A DNA stretch of 63,981 bases from the NCBI RefSeq assembly GCF_000002075.1, contig NW_004797712.1, forward strand, positions 593,273 through 657,253, in the 5' to 3' direction. The notes beneath the pieces were generated by a model that was not told the DNA's origin, searched no databases, and saw only the letters and a list, made by a program, of their open reading frames with translations. Made by a program: the position numbers and the translations under genes. Numbering within the stretch: position 1 is the stretch's first letter; each line of letters opens with the position of its first letter. Source of the stretch: Aplysia californica. Taxonomy: Eukaryota. Below are positions 1 to 11,963 of this stretch, one piece after another.

Positions 1-189
1 GTATATATATATATATATATTATATCGTGTAACATATTGACCTGAAGACACTACGCGCTTGTAGCCTTCGTATTGTCTCTTCGTGACTTTATTAATAGTA
101 CAGATGTATAGCGAGCGTTTCTTTGTCTGTGCAACTCTCAAAGGCAAAAAAGAAAAAAAATTCCAAACATCTGAAGCTGAAAAAAATAC

Positions 190-260
190 TGCATCGGCCG
201 GGAATCGAACCCGGGTCACCCGCGTGGCAGGCGAGTATTCTACCACTAGACCACCGATGC
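190..260 (-). tRNA. tRNA-Gly (anticodon GCC)
   Basis: Reverse complement GCATCGGTGGTCTAGTGGTAGAATACTCGCCTGCCACGCGGGTGACCCGGGTTCGATTCCCGGCCGATGCA: 71 nt, paired acceptor stem, A box, GCC anticodon loop, GTTCGA T-loop; a T7 Pol III terminator follows (A-run 180-186). Confidence 0.97.
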
Positions 261-477
261 TCCTGAGAGATCAGTGCCATTATAGCTATATAAAGTTAAT
301 CAAATTATTTAATGATTAATGGACTATGTGCTGTCTCCATCTGGTATTTTTTGTTTGCAGGTTAAGTAGATTTTGAGTCAATGCAATGCTTAAATTTACC
401 GTTATTCGTGTTTGTTTGATTCAGACAGTGGTCTGTTCTTAGTGTTCTGTGTTCTAACCAGCTATGCTGTCAAATTA

Positions 478-587
478 ACTTCCGGTACAAAAGGTCATTT
501 GCTGTTGACCTTTTCTCCCCTCTTCGAGGACAAGAGTGACATACCCTTTTGATGGCGCTGTCGATGTAAATAGAAAATTTACGTCAC
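478..587 (+). promoter_or_regulatory. Probable OTUD5 proximal promoter (ETS-like ACTTCCGG, AGGTCA/TGACCT half-sites, YY1-like GATGGCG, CRE-like ACGTCA)
   Basis: Motif matches 200-300 bp upstream of the OTUD5 ATG in a CpG-containing stretch; motif-level evidence only. Confidence 0.35.
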
Positions 588-784
588 GAATGTCGACGCC
601 ATAACAAATCTGTCACGGACTACTGAATTCTTACATTTTTATGTTTAAGCTTATGGAATTTAGTTTATCCTGAGTGTTTTAGCTTCATTTATAAAATCCT
701 GGATCATTTGTGTTCAGTTTGAAGTTACAAAGTGGTGTATCCACTGCCCTGATTTCCTATCCACGGCATTATTTTTACATCATA

Positions 785-1297
785 ATGACGATCAAACCAA
801 AGAAGAAGACTGCTAAGGAGAAAAATGATCAAGACGCAGGTGACAGTCATGCGTCCGTTGGACATGCAATGCCTCACAGCCATACGCTAAATCATGGACA
901 TAGTCATTCACACTACCATCACGCAACTGGGACAGAAAGCAGGTTGGACAAGCAATCCAGAGTCAGAAACTCTCCCCCAAGGTGGCCGCCATCAACTTCC
1001 TCGAGGGATGATGTTGCTCATTCTGGACTGACACAAAACCTAACAGCTGCCTCCAATTATGAATATGAAACTATAGACTCATCAACAAATCATAAAAGAA
1101 GACATCGCTCATCACCTCATAGGACTGTGAGGAAACACCGCAACCATCCTTCGAGTGTAATCTCTAATGCTGTTGGTGTCACAACTGCCAATAATGCATC
1201 GATGAATAGCAACCTCGAACTTGATGCCTGTGATGAAGAGTATAATAGTGAAGATGAACATAGTCAGCCTCCTGCAATACCAGAAAATGTTAATGAG
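785..1297 (+). CDS. OTUD5: OTU domain deubiquitinase OTUD5/DUBA, coding exon 1
   Basis: Starts MTIKPKKK (OTUD5-type N-terminus) and contains EEYNSEDE (conserved activating phospho-Ser motif); ends GAG|GTTTGT, phase 0. Confidence 0.9.
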
Positions 1298-1812
1298 GTT
1301 TGTAGATTAAGAAAAAATTCAGTACTTTCCCACTTTTAAAGTGTCTGAAAGCACAGCAGTTGCAGTCTACTTTTTGTAACGTCAACGTTTAAGCTGTTTG
1401 AGTTTGTGAGGCCTACATGATTCATGATGAAAGTTTTTTTCAAATTTGTTTTTTTTTCACCTGATTTATTTTATGCAGATGCAGCCTCCCTCAAAACCAT
1501 GAAAAATTCCATGGTTAGGGGGTTCAAGTGGTCTTGAAGTAAGGTGTTCATCTCTCGTACAATAGGTCGTGGGTTTGAATTCAGATAGCGACGGAAAATT
1601 TTCTTTTCTAAAATTGTCTCCTTTCTTCACATCCTTTCCTGCTCTGTAATAATGTTCTGTCGTTTGGTTTCGTCTCCACTTTCTGCCCCCACCGCCTCAC
1701 CTCTTTTGCCCCCTCCTCTGAGCTCCTCTGACTCTTTCTGCAGCCTTTCTCCTGCTACTCCTTGGCTCCTTCTTACTCCGCACTGTCTTTCAGCCATACC
1801 CCTGTTCTTATG

Positions 1813-3615
1813 CAGGGCTCCCCTTTACGCACAAATGTGCATATATTACGCATTAACCTGCAGTTACCCCCTTTAAGTTTTGGTGGTTAGTGAGCTTTAC
1901 TCTTTATAATTCATTTCGGGGGGTTGCACGCTTTAAAACGTAGTAGGTGGTGTGCGTCTGGCAAGCATCATTTCCCCCCTTCTCTTTATCCCAAAGCCAA
2001 GTCAATGATTTGACGACACACCCATACATATGCACGACAGTCACCTTCTGTGTCAGAAGAAGTCAAGTAGTCGACCTACTTATATCAGCTGCGCGCAGTT
2101 TCTGGCAACACAGGCTTGCTTTGACAGCACAGAAGCTCCGCCCACATTCTGGTCGCTCACATTTGCCGGTGTCGTGCCTTGAGTTTACCCCTGTCGTGAG
2201 ATTATCCCCATCCTTCTTTAACACCATAGTAAACATGAATTGTCCATCATCGAAAGAAGGGAAAGACTGGAATGTGAACCCTGGGATGGCTCTGAAGAAT
2301 AATGAATCAGTTTATTTTCCAAACCTGCCACTCATCCCTGGCCTAAATCTCAAGCATCCCGATTTTCCCGATTTTGATCGCGTGTACCCTGATTTTTTTG
2401 GTTTAATTTTTTGTTACTCCTCATACTCCGGATTTTTCTAAAAATCTTACTCTTGCCTTCTTTACTGTCGTGGGAAGCACTCGTTAAACTTTTTGTCAGC
2501 AAAAACTCTGAGCACTATAAAACTATTTTCCGAAATGTCTATGTCGAATTTAGTAGTTGACTCACCAAAAGTTGTGTTGGATCTTTGCTGCTCACACGTT
2601 TTATTTCAACTATAATGGATTGGAAGTAGTATTGATTTGGCATTCCGACTTTAGACATTCTCAAGATCCTCTTTCGCCTAAACATGCTTTGTCCCAAGTT
2701 TTAGTTAGTCGTGCCCGTCATCAAGACCTGTCAGTAAAACTGTTTCGATCGTGCGTTCGCACCACGTGACATGAGTTCCGCGTGTGAGTTCCGCGTATGT
2801 CAGGGACCATCATTGACGGGGTCAATTTAAGTTCATGCACACTGGTTGAAGCTTGAAGCGTCTTTTGGGACTTATCTGAGGGGGGGGGGGAGCGTGTAAA
2901 ACACTTGGACTAGGAGACTTAGACATGATACTTCAGGATTAAAAAAAAAAAAAATGATATACACACACAGGCATGCGCATGCTCTCACACACACACACAC
3001 ACACACACACACGTGTGTGCGCACACACACGTACTTACACAACACACAAGCATGCGAGCAGAAAGCATACATGGATATAATAATGGACACCCCTGGAATT
3101 TTTTTAAAGTCAGCTTGGCAGTGACCTAGGTGATTTGTCGTTGATCCCGATTTTTTTCACCAAGTCCCAATTTTTTTCCCCATTGAGATCCTGACTTTTA
3201 GATTTCATGGAGTGGCAGGTCTATTTTTCTTGGAGTATTATAGTCGGAGTTGACCCCTTTTGGTTCGTCAACTTTATTTTATTTTTGAAAGACCCAACTG
3301 CTCAACCACCACCACTCTTCCCCCCTCCAAATGGACACAATTAGATTCTAGTCAATATTAATATTACTCATTTATACATTTCTTAAGTTAATAAAAATCG
3401 TTAGCATTCAGTCATAGTGCATAGTCATGGTCACTCTATGTGTGTCTGTGTGAATGTGCGTGTGTTAAATGTTTGCAAACAAAAAATCTTACTATAAAAT
3501 TATGAGATATTGACTTTTACCCTTTAAGTTTCTAAAACAAGGGTTAAATACCCCTTAAAATAGTAAACCAAAGGGAGAAGGAACCTCTTAAGTTGGCCTG
3601 AAAAGGGGAGCCCTG
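1813..3615. mobile_element. Non-autonomous hAT-type DNA transposon with 5-bp TSD (hAT5-like)
   Basis: TIRs CAGGGCTCCCCTTT / AAAGGGGAGCCCTG; TTATG is duplicated on both sides. Confidence 0.8.
2321..3222. mobile_element. Nested hAT (Tip100-like) MITE
   Basis: TIRs ACCTGCCACTC / GAGTGGCAGGT, subterminal CCCGAT(T) repeats, imperfect TATTTTYC flanking repeat. Confidence 0.65.
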
Positions 3616-4933
3616 TTATGGGAGGAAAGATCTACACATAGCCTTCTTGGACAAGGGCGAAAAATCTCGGAGGTCCTGTGAGCAAGTTGCGCACGTTAAA
3701 GATCACTTGGTGGTCCAAGTCCAAAATCGAATGTAAACTTCGGCCGCCATGCGGGCAAAATTCAAAATTTCTTACCTACTGAAAATTGAATGTGTCACTC
3801 GTGCTCCTATGACCTTTAATGTAGTTTTGCGAGTGCCATATAAAACCGTAAAACGCACACACAAAAAAAAGACCTGGTTAAGTTCAGTGAAAGAATTTTA
3901 AGCTGTCTCATCATTCCTCCTGGCTGACTCTTCCTCTTTCCCTGAAGTCTGCCGTTGGTTGTCAGTACATGTTGCATGTCAACATGATGTATTCAATTGG
4001 TTAGGAAGACACCCCTCTCCGTCCAGTTTTGTTGTTCCCACTTCCCGTTTGCAGTGGATAGTTTGAGAGTGGCTGGTATTATTTTATTCATAGACACGTC
4101 TCATGATCTAAAGCACTTTTCTGTTAATTTTTATCTGCTTTACACAAATTTAGACTTTATATCCACCACAAATTATTAGTTTATAATGAGGTTTTGCAGG
4201 GTTTGATTATATTTTCTTGATATTAGCAAATTATTAAGTCTCTATTACCGGGAGATCACTCATACCCATAATGATTAGATGAAGAGCTATCGAAATAGCT
4301 AAACTTGTTTTGATTTAATAGTCAGTCATTTATGAATTTTTTTGTGAAGTAGCTTCCATACTGATTTGTCCTGTATGGTACTGCATCCTTGCCTGTACGT
4401 GCTTTGTTTTGGTCCTTTTTATTCACCTGTACATGTCTTTTTTTTTTTCCTTGCTATTTCTCCTCTTGATATTTCGTTCAATATCATGATATAATATTGC
4501 TCCTCAGTCTGTCTCTTTTGTCATATTTTCTTGCATTATTGATTTCCTTGTTGACTGGCCTCTATCATCATAAGTCACACCAGAGATTTTAAGAAAAGAA
4601 TGTGTGACCCATTAGTTTTGTCTTTCTTATCAGTGTTTACCAAGACTTTCACAAACTGGTTGTTTTATTACTTCTTTGTCAAAGCTGTCGTCAACTTGTG
4701 CCCATGAGACTTTACTCTTCATTCAATATTCACGAATTTTGCACCATCCCTATTCACAGCTGTTTGAAGCAGGGTAGGGCCATTCTAGTGCCGTGTGATT
4801 TTATGGATTTTCGTCTCATTTTTCTTAAAACCATGGTAAAATTAGAGCATATACTATAAAATCACAGTTATTCCTGTTTCAGAATTGAGTAATTTGGTTC
4901 AATCATTTATCATACTGAATATATTGTCCACAG

Positions 4934-5027
4934 CTGGAACAGTGGTTTGAAGATGCCTTGAAGGAAAAGAAAGGGTTCGTGTTGAAAAAGATGGGGGAAG
5001 ATGGAGCCTGCTTATTTAGAGCTGTCG
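4934..5027 (+). CDS. OTUD5: OTUD5 exon 2 (OTU Cys box)
   Basis: cag|[31 protein letters not shown]|gtatg; includes the catalytic DGACLFRA motif. Confidence 0.95.
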
Positions 5028-5676
5028 GTATGTTGTTTTGTGTTGTTTCCGTCTGTCAGTGATATCTGTGATAGATTTAGAAAATTATTTTAGGGACTTG
5101 TTTGTTGAAAAAGCAATGTACTGTAATACATGTATTTAACAAGACAGGTATTGAGGATTTGAATTTGTCCGGGTTGTAATGGAGGCAGACAGGTCAACAC
5201 CCACCTGTCAAAGCTTGACCTCTGATTTGCTCCCCATGAGAATGACTGTCAGCTAATTCATTATGTAAGTGGAGAGAGGTAATACAAGTTAAAATGGTTG
5301 TGCTGCAGTCCTCACTTCATAAATATAATACTGTAAACCTTGATTTGTCTCGTGGTTGGTCTGCCTGTGATTGGCTGTTGACACAGATTGTTCCAGAGGA
5401 CAATGATCAGAGAAAAATAGATCAAGTTACTGTAGTCTCGGCCACCCAGAATAGAACAGGAATACATTGGTACATTGGCCATCCTTGAGATATGTATGAA
5501 ATGAACTTTCACTTTGCCTTGTAACTCTTTTCACCACCATGAAGAAATATATTTCGTGTGCACATGAACCCAATTTTATGGGATGAATGAAAATGGTATT
5601 TTTCTATTCTGTTTTCTTAAATTAAGTACCTCACTTCAAGTTTCATCTCTGAATCTGTTTTCTTTTTTACTCTCAG

Positions 5677-5741
5677 CTGATCAAGTGTATGGAGACCAAG
5701 AGATGCATGGAGTTGCGAGAAAACTTTGCCTGGATTACATG
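5677..5741 (+). CDS. OTUD5: OTUD5 exon 3
   Basis: cag|(A)DQVYGDQEMHGVARKLCLDYM|gtaag; phases consistent. Confidence 0.95.
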
Positions 5742-6043
5742 GTAAGGTGTCTTTGTGTTATGCATTCCTTTCTTTTTTTAGTCAGTTAAAAAAATATGTA
5801 GACTCACTAGAAAAATATCTTTGTTCAGTGCGATGCTGTTGCCTGGTTTCTTTTTATTATATTATAGAATAGACAAGATTTGTTTAATGTATTTCCTTTG
5901 GCTGTTTTTGAAAATACCTCTCCTGCATCTAGACTTGTATGTAGGGCTTTAAGCTCCGTGAATAGACAGAATAATTTTTAGACTTGGCAAGTTTGTGTCT
6001 GGCGTCATTGATATATATTCCGTGTTATGTACTTGTATTGCAG

Positions 6044-6200
6044 GCAAAGAACGCAGACTTTTATTCGCAATATGTGACAGAAGACTTCACCACGTACATC
6101 AATCGTAAACGCATGGACTCGTGTCATGGCAACCACCTGGAGATCCAGGCTATGACGGAGCTGTTCAACCGACCAGTGGAAGTGTATCAATATAGTTTAG
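6044..6200 (+). CDS. OTUD5: OTUD5 exon 4
   Basis: cag|[52 protein letters not shown]|gtaag. Confidence 0.95.
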
Positions 6201-7163
6201 GTAAGAGCAAAGTTTGCTTTGTATTTTACCACTGAAACAAATTAGTTTGTGATGTGGTGTGATATTGAGCTCTGCTCTGTAACTTAATAGTAGGGTTGGG
6301 TCAGGCTTGTTAAATCAGGGTCCTCGAGTAACGAACAGTTCGCTGCTAATATTCTCAAAAGAACAGAGGGGTAACGAATCGTCCGATGGTGAAGATTCAT
6401 TGGCTGCAACTCTGGTCGACAGAGACAGCAGTTCATTTAGCAAGCAGATGGACGGAGAGACTTTGCATACTACTCTTCCTACTACATCGTGTACAACAAG
6501 CTTATGTCTTGTATAGAGATACATTCACGCTGCATGTAATTCGCCATACAACCCCCCCCCAATTACCCCCACATACTACACCTCTGCTCTCTCCGTAGTG
6601 ATAGTAGCTGAGTGCTGTTCAACGCGTTGTTTTTTTTCCCCCAAAGCCTTTGGCAAGTCCGCTTAGTGAATAAAATTATGGAGCAAACCAAAAAAACAAC
6701 TTCTAAATGTCTTGAGGTTTGCAAACCGTTCACATGGCCGTCTGACTGCGTCCGTGAGTAACAAACCTGTTCGTCCACTCGCCCCAATTGTACTGAATAG
6801 AAAAGAGCAGTCTGGCTGATGTGCTTTTCCTTACATAACGAAGCATTGTATTCTTACTTGGTACAAATGGAATGGGAGGAAAGCTACCTGGTATCTGCAT
6901 TTGTAGAATGTCATAAATATGATTTCACTTCTTTTGGTGCATATGTGTTGTCTTTTATTAACCTTCACTTGGCTTATCAGAATTGAAAAAGGACACACTC
7001 ATTTTGTCTCTGAAATGTTATCAAATTGACTTTTGTTCTTTATCATTGTAACAATAAAGTATTTATTGTTTTTTTGTTTTTTAACTACATTTCATTGTCC
7101 TTTAATTCCATGGACACAATCGGTAGTGCTGTTCATTTTCATTTTGTCTTCTCTTGTCGTCAG

Positions 7164-7312
7164 AACCCATGAACACATTTGACACTGCCTACAAGACGGA
7201 CAACGCCCCAATTCGTCTTAGTTATCATGGCAATGTTCACTACAATTCCATTGTGGACCCTTATTCAGCTTCCATTGGAGTGGGCTTGGGGCTGCCTGGT
7301 TTACAGCCTGGG
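7164..7312 (+). CDS. OTUD5: OTUD5 exon 5 (OTU His box)
   Basis: cag|(E)PMNTFDTAYKTDNAPIRLSYHGNVHYNSIVDPYSASIGVGLGLPGLQPG|gtaag; catalytic HYNS motif. Confidence 0.95.
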
Positions 7313-8352
7313 GTAAGAGTATGAACGTTTCGTTTTGCCGTACAGAGTTTGTTGCCTTGTGAGAGAGAGAGGGAAAGACAGACAGAGTGAGAGATGGCGA
7401 GAGAGAAATAGAGAGAGAGAGAGACTGACAGACAGAGACTGACAGACAAATAGACAGAGACAAAGAGAACATGTTGCTTTGAGTAGAAATGAGTACATCA
7501 ACACAATAACAGACATGTGGTGCAAAGAAAAAGTTAGACAGGAAGACAGAAACAGCTGATGAAAGGGGGAAAAAATGGCGCTCTCCAACCTTCCACTTTC
7601 AAAAGGGAACATTGCACAAGATGGAGACAAGCTGTCCAATTGCTCTATGCCCAGAAAGCATTAATTTCTAAAGCGCAGCCGAACCTAACTGCAACCAATT
7701 CCTATAACCCGGTATAACTACCCCACCGTGATCCTTAATATACCGGTTCTTCGTAGAGTGACTTGCCTTAAGGTCCATGAATATTTCAAACTTCCTTTGC
7801 CAGATTTACTCTGCGCCGTCAGTTTTTAAAATTTTAGGTGGGTTGTTTTGACCCTACCTGCTTTGCTGGTTTGGGGAATTATTTTTTTTATCAGCAATCG
7901 TGCAGATTTAATGAACACCATCTAACTTGTCCAGGTGAAATTTATTGCGGAGAAACTTGCGTGGGTGGGCTGAAATAAAGGCTATATCATCATCTGACCT
8001 AGTGCCGCCAACAAGCTGAGGTGCAGGGAAATGCCCAATGGCTTTGACCTGAAAGCGTCCAAAAGCTAGAGAACTTGAAGGAAAGCTCAACTTACAGAAG
8101 GGAGAAAAGCTCAGCTTGAAGAAGAAAAAAGAAATAAAAAGGGGGGGGGGGCAGATTTAAACTGCAAAGGAAAATGAAGAACTTTAAATGAAGAAAAAAG
8201 AGGATGTTGAAAGGGTGATCTTAGAAAGGCATCACTAATTGTTTTTCTCTTTCTAGATTTTTTGTTTGAAAGTATTTGCTGTTGTTGCTTGTATGTCCAA
8301 AACCTTGGATTTTTTTTCTATAGTGATATTGAGGCCTTTTTTGTTTTTACAG

Positions 8353-8415
8353 CAGGCAGAGCGAAATCAGATGAAGGATGCAGTGAAAAGCTCCGAGAAT
8401 TTTCATATCGAGCAG
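8353..8415 (+). CDS. OTUD5: OTUD5 exon 6
   Basis: tacag|QAERNQMKDAVKSSENFHIEQ|gtgag, similar to the vertebrate AEQSLMKNAIKTSEESWIEQ segment (recalled); NAGNAG acceptor. Confidence 0.88.
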
Positions 8416-8873
8416 GTGAGGAAGTTTCACTGTAAACAGTTGTTGTTTTTTGGATAAATAACTTTTTTTTATACTCTTCTCAAAATATCTGGGTCTTTCA
8501 GCTTAGATTTGTATCCAACACAGCACTGAGTGGTTCTTGTAAACTGTGTGGAAGCAGCCCATCTCGTCATTGATGTCAATTGTGTCAATGGTGGTGTGAA
8601 ACATGAACATTCATTTTATAACCACATAGTTGACATAGTGACCAGACAAAAGTGACTCAGCTTCTAAGTATTCTTGTGTTCTAGAACCTCCCTAGATCAG
8701 ATGTTTTGTTTTAGAGAATTTTTTTGTTTGGTTGGTTATTTGAGTTCCGTTTCCATTCTTATGCCATGTGGATGGTTGGCGGGTGCTCTGGTGTGGTTTG
8801 CTTCTTCTTTCCTATCAAACACCTATCGTCCTTATATCCCCTCCTTCTTTTTTATGTTTGTTACTCTCTTGTA

Positions 8874-8962
8874 GGGGGCTCTCGTGGCCTAGAGGTTAAG
8901 GTGTTGGCCTCTCATTCAAAGGTCCCGGGTTCGATTCCGGGTAGCGACCAAAAAATTTTCTT
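8874..8962 (+). mobile_element. SINE A head (truncated by gap), inserted into a family-B element at 8768-8873
   Basis: GGGGGCTCTCGTGGCCTAGAGG A box and GGTTCGATTCC B box, same as 41619 and 54001. Confidence 0.8.
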
Positions 8963-9272
8963 NNNNNNNNNNNNNNNNNNNNNNNNNNNNNNNNNNNNNN
9001 NNNNNNNNNNNNNNNNNNNNNNNNNNNNNNNNNNNNNNNNNNNNNNNNNNNNNNNNNNNNNNTATTATGGTATTATTTTGTTTGTGTATGTAATTATAAT
9101 AAAAAGAGTAATAAAAGATACGATATTAAAGTAGAGCCGAGCACTTGAGAGTGAACTCCCCTGTCGTTGCGTCTTTTGGTGCAATGTTTAGGTTAGGCAT
9201 AGTGTGTAGTGTGCACAGTGTGGTAGCCAAGTGTGTTGTTCAGTTTGAGTTCGTTCTGCCGACCCAAACAAA

Positions 9273-9337
9273 ATGGCAACCGGAGGGTTTGATCCACGAA
9301 TGTCTGGTGGAAGACAAATAAGGCTTCAAGTTTGCAG
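9273..9337 (+). CDS. MKRN1: Makorin (MKRN1/2-like) E3 ligase, coding exon 1
   Basis: caaaATGG start; MATGGFDPRMSGGRQIRLQVC(R)|gtaaaa supplies the first Cys of CCCH finger 1 and is in phase 2 with exon 2. Confidence 0.8.
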
Positions 9338-9694
9338 GTAAAAATCTACTGAAGTTGTGGTCATAGTGTACATTTATGAGATGAAGCCACTTTTGACTTC
9401 GAATAATAATAATAATATTTGAGTTTAGTAAAGTTGTAAGCTTACGCAATGACCAGTAGATCTAATAACAACAACAAAAAGTAAAGACCATGCCATGTGT
9501 CATGATGTGTTTGACTTTTTTTTTGTAAAAGGGTGAAAAAAAGTTCACTTGACACTGTTTAAAAAAAATGTTTTTCTATTTAGATTCCAGTCAGTCTCTT
9601 TAAGTCTTTTAAGTTGTCTCAGGTGTTAGAAGTAAGATAAGCATGTTAGTTTTAGTAGCCTAATCTTGGTATCCTAATCCTAATGTTTAGAGTA

Positions 9695-9775
9695 GATTTT
9701 AGATCTAGATATCTAGATCTAGATCTAGATATCTAGATCTAGATTTCTAGATCTAGATTTCTAGATCTAGATTTA
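9695..9775. repeat. (TCTAGA/AGATCT)n palindromic tandem array
   Basis: AGATCTAGATATCTAGATCTAGATCTAGA...; similar clusters at 37346-37367, 37561-37580, 37843-37898 and 38016-38087. Confidence 0.85.
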
Positions 9776-10789
9776 GTTGTGAAAGTGACAGTGTCGCCTT
9801 AGCCTTAATCTTAACACTTTCACTTTCATCACATGAAGCTACAGCGAGCACCTAGATCTAGATCCAGCACACCTCTGACTCTGTGATTGGACATCATTTA
9901 GGATGTGGACTTCTGACCCTGTCTGCCAGGGTCAAACTGGGGGGAGAGGGATATTCATCCCTATGCCTATAGAAAGACAGAGATTCTTGATAAAATTTTA
10001 AGTTTCTCCTTATTACTTGAGAATTGATTTGAATGAAGGTGTCCTGCGTGTAAAAGCAAAGCACCTAACCCTAACCACAGACGCCGGTGATCTTCTAGAG
10101 TCTATATGTCATATGTGTCACCACCGCGCATCTGTTTGGGTGCGCAACCCCCGGTCTCCTGCTTTGTTTTGGATAAGAACAGCGAAAACGAGGTCACTTT
10201 CTGTGAGCATGCGCAGAATGCAGCTTCTTTCACTTTCGTTTTGGAGGTTCCTGTCAACACAAGTGATTCTACGGTGTCGGAAAGTGTTGCCCCTTCATAT
10301 TGATGGTTTTCGTAACTGGTATCGGTGAATTTACCAAACCAAACTAATCGCTTGAGTAGTCGATTATTTAGCACATCTAGTTAATCTAGCTCTAATGTAT
10401 CGTAGAATGTATACTAGAAGGAAGCCATACTAGAATCGATAAATACTATTGCAGGCTGCTTCTTTATGCCCAGGAACATGCCAGACAGAGTTGCGGGCGC
10501 ACTGAAGCAGACCAGCAGACCAAATTTGTGCAGTCCGTTTCAGTGCGCAATATCGTTTTTTTTTTGCTATTTGGCATTAATAGTGTGGCTTCTAGGCCCT
10601 TTGGTTGTTTTACTTCTTAAGTTATTTCTTTATGACCTGCATTGTGCACTGAAACAGACTGTTTTCCTTCCCTTTGGATGCATTATATTGCCATTGGTCA
10701 TGATTGGAAGATGATCAGTTAATGTATTCATGTCAAAATTAATTAATATGGAAATTTAATCTCCAAAATGTTCAATTTCTTCTTTTCAT

Positions 10790-11030
10790 GTCTTTTTCTT
10801 CTTCTTTTTTGTCCTTTTCCTTTAAGAATACTAATCTAGGTAAAGTCTAATTCTTGTTTTCTTCTTTCACCTCCTTCACTTGTGTCCACAGCACCTTTCT
10901 TTTTTAATTTCTTCTTTTCACGTCTTTTTCTTCTTCTTTTTTGTCCTTTTCCTTCAAAATACTTGTCTAGGTATAGTCTAATTCTTGTTTTCTTCTTTCC
11001 CCTTCTTGTGTCCTTAGCACCTTTCTTTTT
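10790..11030. repeat. Diverged tandem duplication, about 130-bp pyrimidine-rich unit x2
   Basis: TTGTCCTTTTCCTT...TCTAGGTA.AGTCTAATTCTTGTTTTCTTCTTTC...AGCACCTTTCTTTTT occurs twice. Confidence 0.7.
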
Positions 11031-11754
11031 ATCCATTATCAAAACACATACACACGGTATAAGGAAATCTCCTGTCAGAAGGCGCACAGCTCTCAAAAAG
11101 AACTCGCCTCATTGACCTTGGCCTTCCGTTATGGTCAGTACAGGAACTTCTTGCAAGGAAAAGTTCTAAGACAAGGCCAGGATAGAGAAAGATGAAAAGT
11201 ATCAGAAAAGATCTAGATCTAGAGCTGTGAACATGGTACTATTGCGCACCCAACCAGATGACATATGTTGCACCAAACAGACACCTTGCGCATCAACCAG
11301 ACACACGTTACCAAGCAAACACCACCACAACATAGGAATTTTAAACTGCTGTTACAATAATGCGCTGCACCGTATAGAGAGGAAGTTTTTCTAACTTCTG
11401 GTGAAAAAATCACGAAGATCGACCTGTAACTTCCAGAGATCCACAAAAGATCGCTTTCTGTATATCGCACCACAGGATTAACCCTAGATGTAGTTTTGAA
11501 AATTTTAGTCAGACTCCCTCCCGAATATGATAAAATGTTATTCGGACACGGGTCAGGAAAAAAGGAAGTGTCTGCGTTCTATAGATCTAACATTCAGTGC
11601 TTCCAATTTTCCGCCATTTTTTAGTTTCCCCCACACCTTATCTGCCAATCCGATGCCCGCCGCCTCATTGATACCCCCCACCCCCCATGTTTCCCACTTT
11701 CTTTGTTGTAGAAAAAGGTAAAATTGAAGATTAGCAGACCACCTTGCGCCTTGC

Positions 11755-11963
11755 ACCTGCATATTATGAGCTGTGTAAAAAAAAAGACCGATTCGTTCAA
11801 ATACACAAGCTTGTGTCATCTCAATTGTTTACCAAGAAAAAGTTGTGTTACTATGTAGAGCTGAGCATACGGCAACTTTTGATTCCATAGACCAGCGCAC
11901 AATTCATTAAGTAGATCTACGTCAAGACTAGCTAAGCTTATTATGGTAATAATGATCAGTTGC
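11755..11963 (+). repeat. Dispersed repeat, second copy at 40049-40250
   Basis: CCTGCATATTATGAGCTGTG...GACCGATTCGTTCAAAT...GTAGATCTACGTCAAGAC...ATCAGTTGC is shared; both copies lie near assembly gaps. Confidence 0.75.

Larger units (their letters stand above)
1518..3870 (+). mobile_element. tRNA-derived SINE family A copy, split by a DNA transposon (halves 1518-1812 and 3616-3870)
   Basis: The two halves join to match the intact copies at 41619 and 54001. Confidence 0.85.

Noticed and set aside
710-784. Upstream in-frame extension of OTUD5 exon 1 from a GTG
   Set aside because: The conserved N-terminus begins at ATG 785 (MTIKPKKK); the ORF track uses prokaryotic alternative starts.
4275-4310. 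GATGAAGAGCTATCGAAATAGCTAAAC hairpin resembling a Penelope-type minimal hammerhead ribozyme
   Set aside because: It lacks the intact CUGANGA and GAAA core boxes, and no flanking stems were found.
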